NCBI GenBank assembly: GCA_021849365.1
Contig: JAJZSZ010000001.1
Location: 29,669-93,668, forward strand
Length of the DNA stretch: 64,000 nt
From: Bacteroidota bacterium
Lineage (GTDB): Bacteria; Bacteroidota; Bacteroidia; Bacteroidales; Prolixibacteraceae
Direction of reading: 5' to 3'
A program made the translations under genes and the position numbers. Under the pieces are notes generated by a model, which saw only the letters and a list, made by a program, of their open reading frames with translations, did not search any database and was not told the origin of the DNA. Positions 1 through 8,800 of the stretch are shown one piece after another. Position 1 is the first letter of the stretch. The number at the start of each line of letters is the position of its first letter.

Positions 1-394
1 AAATAAAATTATTCGCGAAAATTAAAGCGTTGCGGGCTGGCAAAAGGCAAGTGTGGCCCGGAAAGGAAATAAAGCAGAGGGCTTGGAGTGGAATGGAGCC
101 TGCATCCGTTTTTTATGTGTTGGAAATCGGGCAGGATAAAAACGGGCGGGCGAAATGGAATTTGGTAGGGAACTGCGTAATGAAACTGAACCGGGCTTCT
201 CTTGCCCAGCGGTACAACCCGGCTTATAAGCTGAACGAGCTGACCTGAGCGACCGGTTCCGGTGAGGCATGAACGGGATTAGGGAGCGGGTAAAGCGAAG
301 TGAAGCGAATGTGCTGGGGCACCGGCATTTCCTAATCATGCGAATCAAGGTTGAAAAACAAGTAAAAAGAAACCTGTTTTTGAAGCTTTGTCAA

Positions 395-580
395 ACTACA
401 ACCTTATCATTTGCGGCAGCAAACAACAATTTTGAGTTGGCCATTGCAGTAGCCATCGCCATTTTTGGGATCAATTCAGGTGAAGTCTTTGCTAGAGTTA
501 TTGGTCTGTTGGTAGAAGTTCCGGTCATGATTGGTCTGGAGAATGTGGCGTTCTGGTTCAGGAAAAAATTCTTCAGTTAA
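395..580 (+). pseudogene. acr3: C-terminal fragment of Acr3 arsenite efflux permease
   Basis: [23 protein letters not shown]...[14 protein letters not shown] matches the Acr3 C-terminus; the in-frame upstream part is unrelated and the GPLVEVP proline is lost. Confidence 0.8.
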
Positions 581-787
581 TAGATGCAGCATCCATGAAA
601 ATCGGGTTTCCCTATTTTAAATATAAATATCAAAGCAAATCGGAAGAAGCCAAACAGGAAAAATCGGAAGGAAAACCACAAGGAGTAAAACAAAGAGTCA
701 GCTAATTAAGAAGCGGCCTTCGATTTCAAACAGGAAGTGAAATTCATAACAGGTTTTCCTTTTTTTTGTCAAAAAGCGAGTCAAGAA

Positions 788-816
788 AGAGGCTGAACTC
801 CTTTTAGACAGCCTCT
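788..816. terminator. hairpin AGAGGCTG...CAGCCTCT, terminator-like (possibly a relic IS end)
   Basis: 8-bp inverted repeat followed by ATTT. Confidence 0.45.
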
Positions 817-857
817 ATTTGATAATTTTTGAAAATTACATTTTTTACCTGAGATAT

Positions 858-883
858 AGTATTCAATAAAAATATTGAATACT
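858..883. promoter_or_regulatory. probable ArsR/SmtB-family operator
   Basis: perfect 11-4-11 inverted repeat AGTATTCAATA-AAAA-TATTGAATACT just upstream of the ArsR-rhodanese gene. Confidence 0.7.
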
Positions 884-928
884 TGAATGGTTTTCATATA
901 TTCGCCGAATCATTTTAATACAATTCAA

Positions 929-1585
929 ATGAAAGGTCGAGAATTTAAAGATGCCATGTATCATGGTCTTGCTAAAATGCTAAAAGCCATCTCTAATCCA
1001 TCCCGTTTGGAAATCATTGAAATGCTCTCTCAAGGCGAAAAAAGCGTTGAAGGCATCGTTCAATCCACCAACCTTACTATTGCTAATGCCTCACAACATT
1101 TGCAGGTGTTGAAAAGCAACAACATCGTAAAAGCCCGAAAGGAAAAGCAGTATGTGTTTTATTCCTTGATCAACGATGATTTTTTATCGGTATACCAGCA
1201 TGTAATTCGATATGGCACAAAGGAAATTGCAGAACTCGAAAAGGTAATGAATCGCCAGAGGGAAGACAATAATGCGCAAAACGCGGTAAGCCTCGGTGAA
1301 CTGGGACAAATGATTGAAGCCGATAATGTGTTGCTACTGGATGTTCGCCCATCTGTTGAATACGAATTCGGGCACATCACCGGGGCTATTTCAATTCCAA
1401 TGAATGAACTAATGATCAACCTGAAAAGTATCGCCAAAGACAAAGAGATAATCGCTTATTGCCGTGGCCCGTTTTGTGTTCTGGCCGATGAAGCCGTAAA
1501 ACTTCTGAAAGAACAGGGATATCAGGTTCGACGATTGGATGAAGGTTATCCGGAGTGGAAAATAAGACAACTGGGGGGCAATTAA
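929..1585 (+). CDS. ArsR/SmtB transcriptional repressor fused to a rhodanese domain
   Basis: wHTH (SNPSRLEII...ASQHLQVL) plus DVRP and YCRGPFC rhodanese motifs; start at MKGREFK preferred over 887. Confidence 0.92.
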   Translation: MKGREFKDAMYHGLAKMLKAISNPSRLEIIEMLSQGEKSVEGIVQSTNLTIANASQHLQVLKSNNIVKARKEKQYVFYSLINDDFLSVYQHVIRYGTKEIAELEKVMNRQREDNNAQNAVSLGELGQMIEADNVLLLDVRPSVEYEFGHITGAISIPMNELMINLKSIAKDKEIIAYCRGPFCVLADEAVKLLKEQGYQVRRLDEGYPEWKIRQLGGN

Positions 1586-1586
1586 A

Positions 1587-2726
1587 ATGAAACGCCCAAT
1601 TTATCTCGACTATAACGCCACGACTCCTGTTGATCCGGAAGTTGTAACAGAAATGCTACCTTACCTGCAAATCCACTATGGAAATCCTTCCAGCTCCTAT
1701 TCTATCGGGCGAAGCAACAAAGAAGCCGTTGAAAAAGCACGGGTTCAGGTTGCCCGATTGATCAACTGCCAGCCCGATGAAATCTGTTTTACCAGTTGTG
1801 CCACCGAATCGAACAACCTGGCCATTAAAGGAATTGCATGGGCAAACAAAGACAAAGGGCGGCACATTATTACTTCGGAAATCGAACATCCGGCAGTGAC
1901 CGAGGTTTGCAAATACCTGAGTTCGCAAGGGTTTGAGATCACTTATGTTCCGGTTGACAAGCATGGCAGGGTTAATCCTGACCAAATAAAAGACGCTATT
2001 CGACCGGATACAATCCTGATTACCATTATGCACGCCAACAATGAGGTTGGGACGATTCAGCCCATTCAGGAAATCGGGGCAATTGCCCGGCAAAACAATA
2101 TTGTTTTTCATACCGACGCGTCTCAATCGGTCGGAAAAATTGAGACTGATGTCGATAATCTTGGGGTTGACCTGCTAACCATAGCCGGACATAAATTGTA
2201 TGCGCCCAAAGGTATCGGCGCGCTGTATATCCGGAAGGGAACGCGGATTGAAAACCTGATACATGGCGCAAATCAGGAAAAAGGCATCCGTCCGGGAACA
2301 GAGAACGTTATTCACACGGTCGCACTTGGGAAAGCCTGCGAAGTGGCATTGCGCGATTTCAAACAGAACCGGCACAACATACAGTTTTCGCGCGACAGGC
2401 TTCTCAACGGTTTGGTTTCCCAACTTGGCAATCAGGTTCATGTAAACGTCGATCTCGAAAATTGCCTGCCCAACACATTGAGTGTGGCTTTCGAAAACAT
2501 CAGTGCACACGCTTTAGCCTCTTTCATCAGCAACGATGTTTTGATTTCAACCGGCTCTGCTTGTCATTCCGGAGAAACAACCATTTCTTCAGTACTTCAG
2601 GCGATGAACCTCGATTTTAGGACAGCGGCGGCAACAGTGCGGATTTCAACCGGGAAAAATACAACAGCGGAAGAAATTGATTTTGCCGTCGAAGCGCTTG
2701 TCAATGCTGTTAAAAAACTCACATAA
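1587..2726 (+). CDS. cysteine desulfurase (NifS/IscS-like, class V PLP enzyme)
   Basis: YLDYNATTP, HTDASQ, GHKLYAPKG (PLP Lys), STGSACHS (catalytic Cys). Confidence 0.93.
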   Translation: MKRPIYLDYNATTPVDPEVVTEMLPYLQIHYGNPSSSYSIGRSNKEAVEKARVQVARLINCQPDEICFTSCATESNNLAIKGIAWANKDKGRHIITSEIEHPAVTEVCKYLSSQGFEITYVPVDKHGRVNPDQIKDAIRPDTILITIMHANNEVGTIQPIQEIGAIARQNNIVFHTDASQSVGKIETDVDNLGVDLLTIAGHKLYAPKGIGALYIRKGTRIENLIHGANQEKGIRPGTENVIHTVALGKACEVALRDFKQNRHNIQFSRDRLLNGLVSQLGNQVHVNVDLENCLPNTLSVAFENISAHALASFISNDVLISTGSACHSGETTISSVLQAMNLDFRTAAATVRISTGKNTTAEEIDFAVEALVNAVKKLT

Positions 2727-2745
2727 TAATTTAAATCAACAATCT

Positions 2746-3159
2746 ATGAAGAAACAATTTGTCTTTCTGGTAATCCTGACAATCGTATTTACCGGCAGTA
2801 TTTATGCAAAATCGTCCAAAGAGCCAAAAGAGCAACCCACCACTATCGGCATGGTCATCTACTCCAACGACACCGAAACGGTATGGAATGCTTTGCGTTT
2901 GGCCAATTATTCTAAAAACCAGGGCGATACGGTAAAGATATTTTTGCTTGGCAAAGGTGTCGAACTGGATAGTATGGTAAAAACAAATACTGATCTGAAA
3001 GAGCAAGCCGATAAGTTTTTGGACAACGGTGGTAGTATTCTCGGTTGCGGGACCTGCCTGCAAAGTCGAAAAAACAATGAGCCGGAAGTTTGCAAATACT
3101 CATCGCTTGCCGATTTGTACAGACTGATCCGGAAAAACAAAATTGTATTAACATTTTAA
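2746..3159 (+). CDS. DsrE-family protein with N-terminal signal peptide
   Basis: MKKQFVFLVILTIVFTGSIYA signal-like leader; WNALRLA, IFLLGKGVE, CGTC. Confidence 0.8.
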   Translation: MKKQFVFLVILTIVFTGSIYAKSSKEPKEQPTTIGMVIYSNDTETVWNALRLANYSKNQGDTVKIFLLGKGVELDSMVKTNTDLKEQADKFLDNGGSILGCGTCLQSRKNNEPEVCKYSSLADLYRLIRKNKIVLTF

Positions 3160-3170
3160 ATAGAACTGCA

Positions 3171-3491
3171 ATGAAAATTGGAATTATCCTTGAAACCAAA
3201 GAGTTTGAAAAGGCTTGGAATGCTTTCCGCTTTGCCGTAACAGCAAAAAAAACCGGTCACGAAGTGAAACTCTTTTTGATGGGCGAAGCTGTTGAATGCG
3301 AAGGTTTGACCCACGAAAAGTACAATGTTGACGAACAATTGAAGAAATTCGTAGAAATAGATGGTGAAATTTTGGCCTGTGGCACTTGTTTAAAATCTAG
3401 GCATCTGGACAGCACCGAAGCTTGCCCAATCTCAACCATGGTTGATTGTGTGGAATTGGTGGTTTGGGCCGATAAAACAGTAACGTTCTAA
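3171..3491 (+). CDS. DsrE-family sulfur-relay protein
   Basis: AWNAFRFA, FLMGEAVE, ACGTC, CPIST; start MKIGII. Confidence 0.88.
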   Translation: MKIGIILETKEFEKAWNAFRFAVTAKKTGHEVKLFLMGEAVECEGLTHEKYNVDEQLKKFVEIDGEILACGTCLKSRHLDSTEACPISTMVDCVELVVWADKTVTF

Positions 3492-3503
3492 AAATAGAAA
3501 ATC

Positions 3504-3923
3504 ATGCAAAACAATGAAATGATAGAAATGGTCATGCACCAAACGAATAGTAGCTTGACTGCGGATCAAATTGCTGGTCAGGTTGAAACTGAATGTCAGA
3601 AATACAATCTGGCCTTGCTCCAAACATACAACTATCACGAGATCGTTGAAGCGAAAGGCTTTCCCATTCAACGGAAAGTGTTTGTTTACAACATTTGCCA
3701 GGCAAAAACAGCATCGATGATGCTCACAACAAATCCTGAGTTTTCAACATTCATGCCCTGTACCTTATCGGTGTATGAAGCTGGCGACAAAACTGTTCTT
3801 TCAACAATGAACATGGAAATGGTGCTGGAAGCTGTTAAATCGAATGAGGAATTGTATAATCAGGCATCTAATCTTTTTAAGCTATTCAAACAAATGATGG
3901 ATGAATTGGCTGCCGGGAAATAG
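3504..3923 (+). CDS. DUF302-domain protein
   Basis: ICQA and MPCTLSVYE motifs. Confidence 0.8.
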   Translation: MQNNEMIEMVMHQTNSSLTADQIAGQVETECQKYNLALLQTYNYHEIVEAKGFPIQRKVFVYNICQAKTASMMLTTNPEFSTFMPCTLSVYEAGDKTVLSTMNMEMVLEAVKSNEELYNQASNLFKLFKQMMDELAAGK

Positions 3924-3946
3924 ATTGATGGAATCATAAAAACCGG

Positions 3947-3979
3947 AAGCCGTTTCATTTTACTTTGAAACGGCTTTTT
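3947..3979 (+). terminator. Rho-independent terminator
   Basis: AAGCCGTTTCA/TGAAACGGCTT stem followed by a T-run. Confidence 0.8.
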
Positions 3980-4046
3980 GCTTAAATTGCAAAAAAAATC
4001 AGATACCCTTCATCTCTGATCTTCACCTTAATAATTACATAGAAAG

Positions 4047-4418
4047 ATGAATGTTTATACTTTACTGATACTGTTGCTGATAGGTCTGTTGTCCGGAGCG
4101 GTTGGCGGAATACTGGGATTAAGTGGTGGAGTGATTCTGATCCCTTCACTGATCTATTTTGTTGGCCTTAGCCAGCATGAAGCAATTGGAACAAGTCTGG
4201 CAGTCATGCTACCTCCAATAGGATTGTTTGCTGCTTTCAATTATTACAAAGCAGGTCAGGTAAATATAAAATATGCACTAATACTTGCCGTCGCTTTTAT
4301 GATTGGCAGTTATTTTACTTCAAAGATTGCAATCAATCTCCCAGAGAATACAATAAGAAAAATGTTCAGTATTCTCCTGATGATAATTGCATTGAAAATG
4401 TTTTTTCAAGGTCATTAA
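4047..4418 (+). CDS. half-size TauE/SafE (TSUP) sulfite-exporter family protein
   Basis: GILGLSGGVILIP, AIGTSLA; hydrophobic helices. Confidence 0.85.
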   Translation: MNVYTLLILLLIGLLSGAVGGILGLSGGVILIPSLIYFVGLSQHEAIGTSLAVMLPPIGLFAAFNYYKAGQVNIKYALILAVAFMIGSYFTSKIAINLPENTIRKMFSILLMIIALKMFFQGH

Positions 4419-4428
4419 AAGAACTACA

Positions 4429-4842
4429 ATGAACGATAATTCAGATAAAAAACTTGAAATCCGTAACATCAAACCAACTGCTATGCGCGAGTTGGTTTTG
4501 AAGGTTTTAAGCGAACAAAATTCAGCTATAAGTTTACCCGAATTAGAACAAAAATTTGAAAAAGCGGACAAAGTTACCTTGTACCGTACACTTAAAACTT
4601 TTGAGGAAAATAAGCTCATTCATAGTATTGATGATGGTACGGGTGCCATAAAATATGCTTTGTGCCGTGAATCCTGTCAGTGCCATCCGGAAGACCTTCA
4701 TGTTCATTTTTATTGCACCAAATGCAAACAAACCTATTGCCTGAACGACATTCCTGTTCCTTCGGTAAATCTGCCTGTTTATTTTACCCTCGAAAATATT
4801 AACATGGTAGTGAAAGGTATTTGTTCAAATTGTCCTAAATAA
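4429..4842 (+). CDS. Fur-family metal-responsive regulator
   Basis: VTLYRTLKTF, HVHFYCTKC and C-terminal CSNC. Confidence 0.9.
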   Translation: MNDNSDKKLEIRNIKPTAMRELVLKVLSEQNSAISLPELEQKFEKADKVTLYRTLKTFEENKLIHSIDDGTGAIKYALCRESCQCHPEDLHVHFYCTKCKQTYCLNDIPVPSVNLPVYFTLENINMVVKGICSNCPK

Positions 4843-4845
4843 CTT

Positions 4846-4860
4846 TGCAACTTGGTTGCA
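4846..4860. promoter_or_regulatory. palindrome TGCAAC-N3-GTTGCA, candidate operator for the adjacent Fur-family protein
   Basis: perfect 6-3-6 repeat just upstream of a TATCTTTG -7 promoter element (4873-4880) heading the czc cluster. Confidence 0.6.
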
Positions 4861-4896
4861 TCAACTTTTTTCTATCTTTGGCGTTAAATATCACAG

Positions 4897-5202
4897 ATGA
4901 AACTTTTTGCATACATATTATCGTTTATCGTTTTGGCTCTCACGGCAGTTCCCTGCGTTGATGTGCCAAAGGATAATACATTGCAAAAGATTGAATTATC
5001 AAGGGATACAGCAGGAAATCATCAGGTTGATTTCGACCATTGTTCCCCATTTTGCACCTGTAATTGTTGCCAGACAAGTTTCAATATCTCCGAAATTACA
5101 ACTGCATCCTCAATTGTTGAGTTTCAAATATGTTATAAGGAATATTCTCCAAGCTTCCAAAGCCTTGAATCATTTGACTTTTTAATTCCTCCCATAGCTT
5201 AA
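4897..5202 (+). CDS. small Cys/His-rich exported protein (DUF6660-like) preceding the czc cluster
   Basis: signal-like N-terminus, PCVD, HCSPFCTCNCC, C-terminal PP. Confidence 0.75.
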   Translation: MKLFAYILSFIVLALTAVPCVDVPKDNTLQKIELSRDTAGNHQVDFDHCSPFCTCNCCQTSFNISEITTASSIVEFQICYKEYSPSFQSLESFDFLIPPIA

Positions 5203-5272
5203 TTTTTTCTTACTTTTTTATTTCGCCTGATAGAAATGTCAGGATTTTGTTTATGTTTTAAATTCATCTAAA

Positions 5273-5740
5273 ATGAATAAAAGGAAACTAACAAAGAAGG
5301 AATTGCAGGAAAGGCAAATTATTGAAGATAAAAAATTCAATAGAACAATGCTGATCAGTTTTAGCCTACTTATAGTGCTAACAATTTCGATTCTAACATT
5401 TTATACTTATTGGTGCGATACCAAATACGCCTATCGGCAATATGCTTTATATGGCAAGGAAATTCCACTTGACTTAGTTTGCATGAATGGGAACAATTTA
5501 CAAATTCATGAAAGCTCAAAAGAAAGTTATCAAGGTAAAACTTACTACTTCTGTAGCCAAGACTGCTATAACCATTTTGTGAACCACTTTCGACAGGATG
5601 CATTTGTTCCTGATTCATTTTCAGGAGATACAATTTGTAAAGCTGATGCTTTAATTGGATTAAAAAATCGGGGAGAACCTCAGGTTGTTTATTTCAAAAA
5701 CAAAAAAACATTCAATCAATATTATGAGGCAAGAAGATAA
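5273..5740 (+). CDS. membrane-anchored YHS/TRASH-like metal-binding protein
   Basis: one TM helix; VCMNGN and YQGKTYYFCSQDC. Confidence 0.7.
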   Translation: MNKRKLTKKELQERQIIEDKKFNRTMLISFSLLIVLTISILTFYTYWCDTKYAYRQYALYGKEIPLDLVCMNGNNLQIHESSKESYQGKTYYFCSQDCYNHFVNHFRQDAFVPDSFSGDTICKADALIGLKNRGEPQVVYFKNKKTFNQYYEARR

Positions 5741-5750
5741 ATTATAGTTT

Positions 5751-5879
5751 GTGAAAAAAAGAAAAAGAATCCAACTTAAGGAAGTAATAAAATGGTTTTT
5801 CATTATTCTGGCCTGTTTGATCCTCGTTTTAGGCATCATTGCCAGAATTTATCACTTCTTCACGGTGCATGTAAAATAA
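5751..5879 (+). CDS. 42-aa single-TM small protein (not in ORF track)
   Basis: GTG start, MKKRKRIQLKEVIKWFFIILACLILVLGIIARIYHFFTVHVK; fills the gap between neighbours. Confidence 0.5.
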   Translation: MKKRKRIQLKEVIKWFFIILACLILVLGIIARIYHFFTVHVK

Positions 5880-5895
5880 ATTTAAATAATATACT

Positions 5896-8800
5896 ATGAT
5901 AGATAAAATAATAGCTTATTCTATAAAGAATAAATTCATCGTAAGCCTGATCCTTTTTGCCCTGGTCGGAGCTGGCGTTTATTCTTTAAAGACAATTAAC
6001 CTCGATTCGGTTCCGGATATTACCAACAACCAGGTGCAGGTAATTACAATTTCTCAGAATTTATCCACGGTAGATATCGAACAATTTGTTACCTATCCGG
6101 TAGAGCTGGCTATGGCTAATTTACCGGGAGTTACCGAGTTACGATCAGTGTCGCGCTTTGGATTATCGGTAGTTACAATTGTTTTTAAAGATAACATGGG
6201 TACTTATCTGCCAAGGCAGGTTGTCCAGGAGAAACTTAACGCCGTAAAAGACCAGATCCCTGCCCAGTTTGGCGAACCTTTTATGGGGCCTATTACAACA
6301 GGCCTGGGGGAGATTTTCCAATACACGATAAAACCTAAACAAGGTTATGATACCACTTATACTCCAATGGAATTACGTACTATTCAGGACTGGATTGTAA
6401 AACGGCAAATGGCTTTGATCCCGGGTGTTGTAGAAGTTAACTCGTTTGGGGGGAACATCAAACAATACGAAATTGCCCTGAACCCTGATAAACTTAATGC
6501 CATGAGTGTTTCAATTAGCGAAGTTTTTGAAGCGTTGGAGAACAACAATGTCAATACCGGCGGGGCATATATCGAAAAGGGCCACATGGCCAATTTTATC
6601 AGGGGCGAAGGTTTGGCCAGGTCGTTGGACGATATTAAAAACATCGTGGTAAAAAACGAAAACGGGATACCAGTTCTAATTGGCGATGTGGCTGAGGAAG
6701 TTCATTTTGGCAGCCAGGTGCGTTATGGAGCTTTCACGCAGGAAGGCCACGAAGCCGTTGGCGGTATGATCCTGATGCTGAAAGGTGAAAACTCAAACAA
6801 AGTGATACAAAGCGTAAAAGCCCGTATTGACGAAGTACAAAAGACTTTACCTCAAGGCCTTGAAATAGTTCCTTTTCTCGACCGTTCCGATTTAATTCAG
6901 AGGACGACAAGTACCGTCAGTAAAAACCTGATGGAAGGCGCCCTTATCGTTATTTTTGTACTGGTTATTTTGTTGGGAAGTTTACGTGGGGGGCTGGTTA
7001 CCGCTTCGGTTATCCCGCTTTCCCTCTTATTCGCTTTTATTTTAATGAAGGTCTTTAACGTGTGGGCGAACCTGATGAGCCTTGGGGCAATTGACTTTGG
7101 AATCATCGTTGACGGGGCAGTAATCATAGTTGAAGGGACTGTCCATGAAATTGAGAAAAGGATAAAAGCCGGAAAAAGTAAATTTGATCAAAACCAAATG
7201 GATGAGCTTACTTACCATGCCTCAAGTACCATGATGAATTCTGCCTTTTTTGGCCAGTTAATTATACTGATCGTTTTTGCGCCAATACTTTTTCTTACCG
7301 GTGTTGAAGGTAAGATGTTCCAGCCAATGGCCTACACGTTCGGGTTTGCAGTCCTTGGAGCTATATTACTCTGCCTGACCTATGTTCCAATGATTTCGTC
7401 AATCGTAATGAAGCCAACGAAAAACAAAAACAGTTGGTTTGCCCGTTTTGAAAACTTCCTGGAAAAAATCAGCGGCAAGTTACTGAACAGAATCCATGCT
7501 GCCTATAAACCGGTTCTTCGCATAGCGCTAAAACGGAAAATGGTCACCCTCGTTATTGCATTGGCAATATTGGGGAGCGCTGTTTTTGTATTTACCCGTA
7601 TGGGGGGCGAATTTATCCCGAGCCTTGATGAAGGGGATATAGCAATGCAAGCTTTCCTTCGCCCGGGAAGTTCTTTGACAGAAACCATTGACCGGGAAAA
7701 GGAAATAGAGAAAATTATTATGGCAAATTTTCCGGAAGTTAAAACGGTCGCTGCCCGAATTGGGGTTGCCGATATCCCAACCGACCCAATGGGTTTTGAT
7801 TTTACCGATAGCTTCATCATTTTAGAGAAGGATAAAAGCAAATGGGTGTCTGCATCAACAAAAGAAGAACTGATAGAAAAAATCAGGGAAAAACTGGCCC
7901 ATCTTCCAGGCCTCAATTTTACATTCAGCCAGCCTGTAGAATTACGCTTCAATGAGCTTTTAACGGGGGTAAGGGAAGATGTGGCCGTGAAGTTGTTTGG
8001 GGAAGACCTGGATATTCTCTCTGAAAAAGGGGAGAAAATAGAGGAGATAATAAAAACAGTGCCTGGTGCGGAAGACGTAACCCTTGAAAGGACAGCAGGC
8101 TTACCACAAATGACCGTACAATATAACCGGGGGAAAATAGCCCAATACGGGTTGGATATTGCCAAACTCAACAGGTATGTCAGCGCTGCTTTTGCAGGCA
8201 GTAGCGCTGGGGTAATCTTTGAAGGGGAAAGACGTTTCGATATGGTTATCCGGCTCGATGAAAAGCACCGGAAAAGCATTGAAGACTTACGGAATTTGTA
8301 TGTTGACCTGCCTAATGGCAAACAAGTGCCTATAAAAGAAGTTGCCGAAATAGATTTCCAGCCAGGGGCAATGCAAATTTCAAGGGAAGGCACTTTCCGC
8401 AGAATTTATGTAGGGGTCAATGTCCGGGGAAGGGACGTTGAATCGGTAGTGAATGAAATCCAGCAAAAATTGGATAAACAACTCAGTTTGCCTGCCGGTT
8501 ATTACATCACTTACGGTGGCGAGTTTGAAAACCTCCAACGGGCAAAAAACCGGCTGTCAATCGTATTGCCTATTGCACTGGCCTTGATTTTTATCCTATT
8601 ATACTTTGCCTTGCACTCGTTCCCGCAAACAGTGATGATATACATGGCTGTTCCACTGGCTGCTATTGGGGGCATATTTTCCCTGTGGCTAAGGGGGATG
8701 CCATTTAGTATATCAGCGGGTGTAGGGTTTATCGTACTTTTCGGGGTTGCCGTATTGAACGGGTTGGTTCTCATCAGCCGTTTCAATTCGCTTAAAACTG

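Noticed and set aside
22-394. ORFs 22..348, 30..248 and the 5' half of 269..580
   Set aside because: No recognisable motifs; they look like chance frames over structured non-coding DNA
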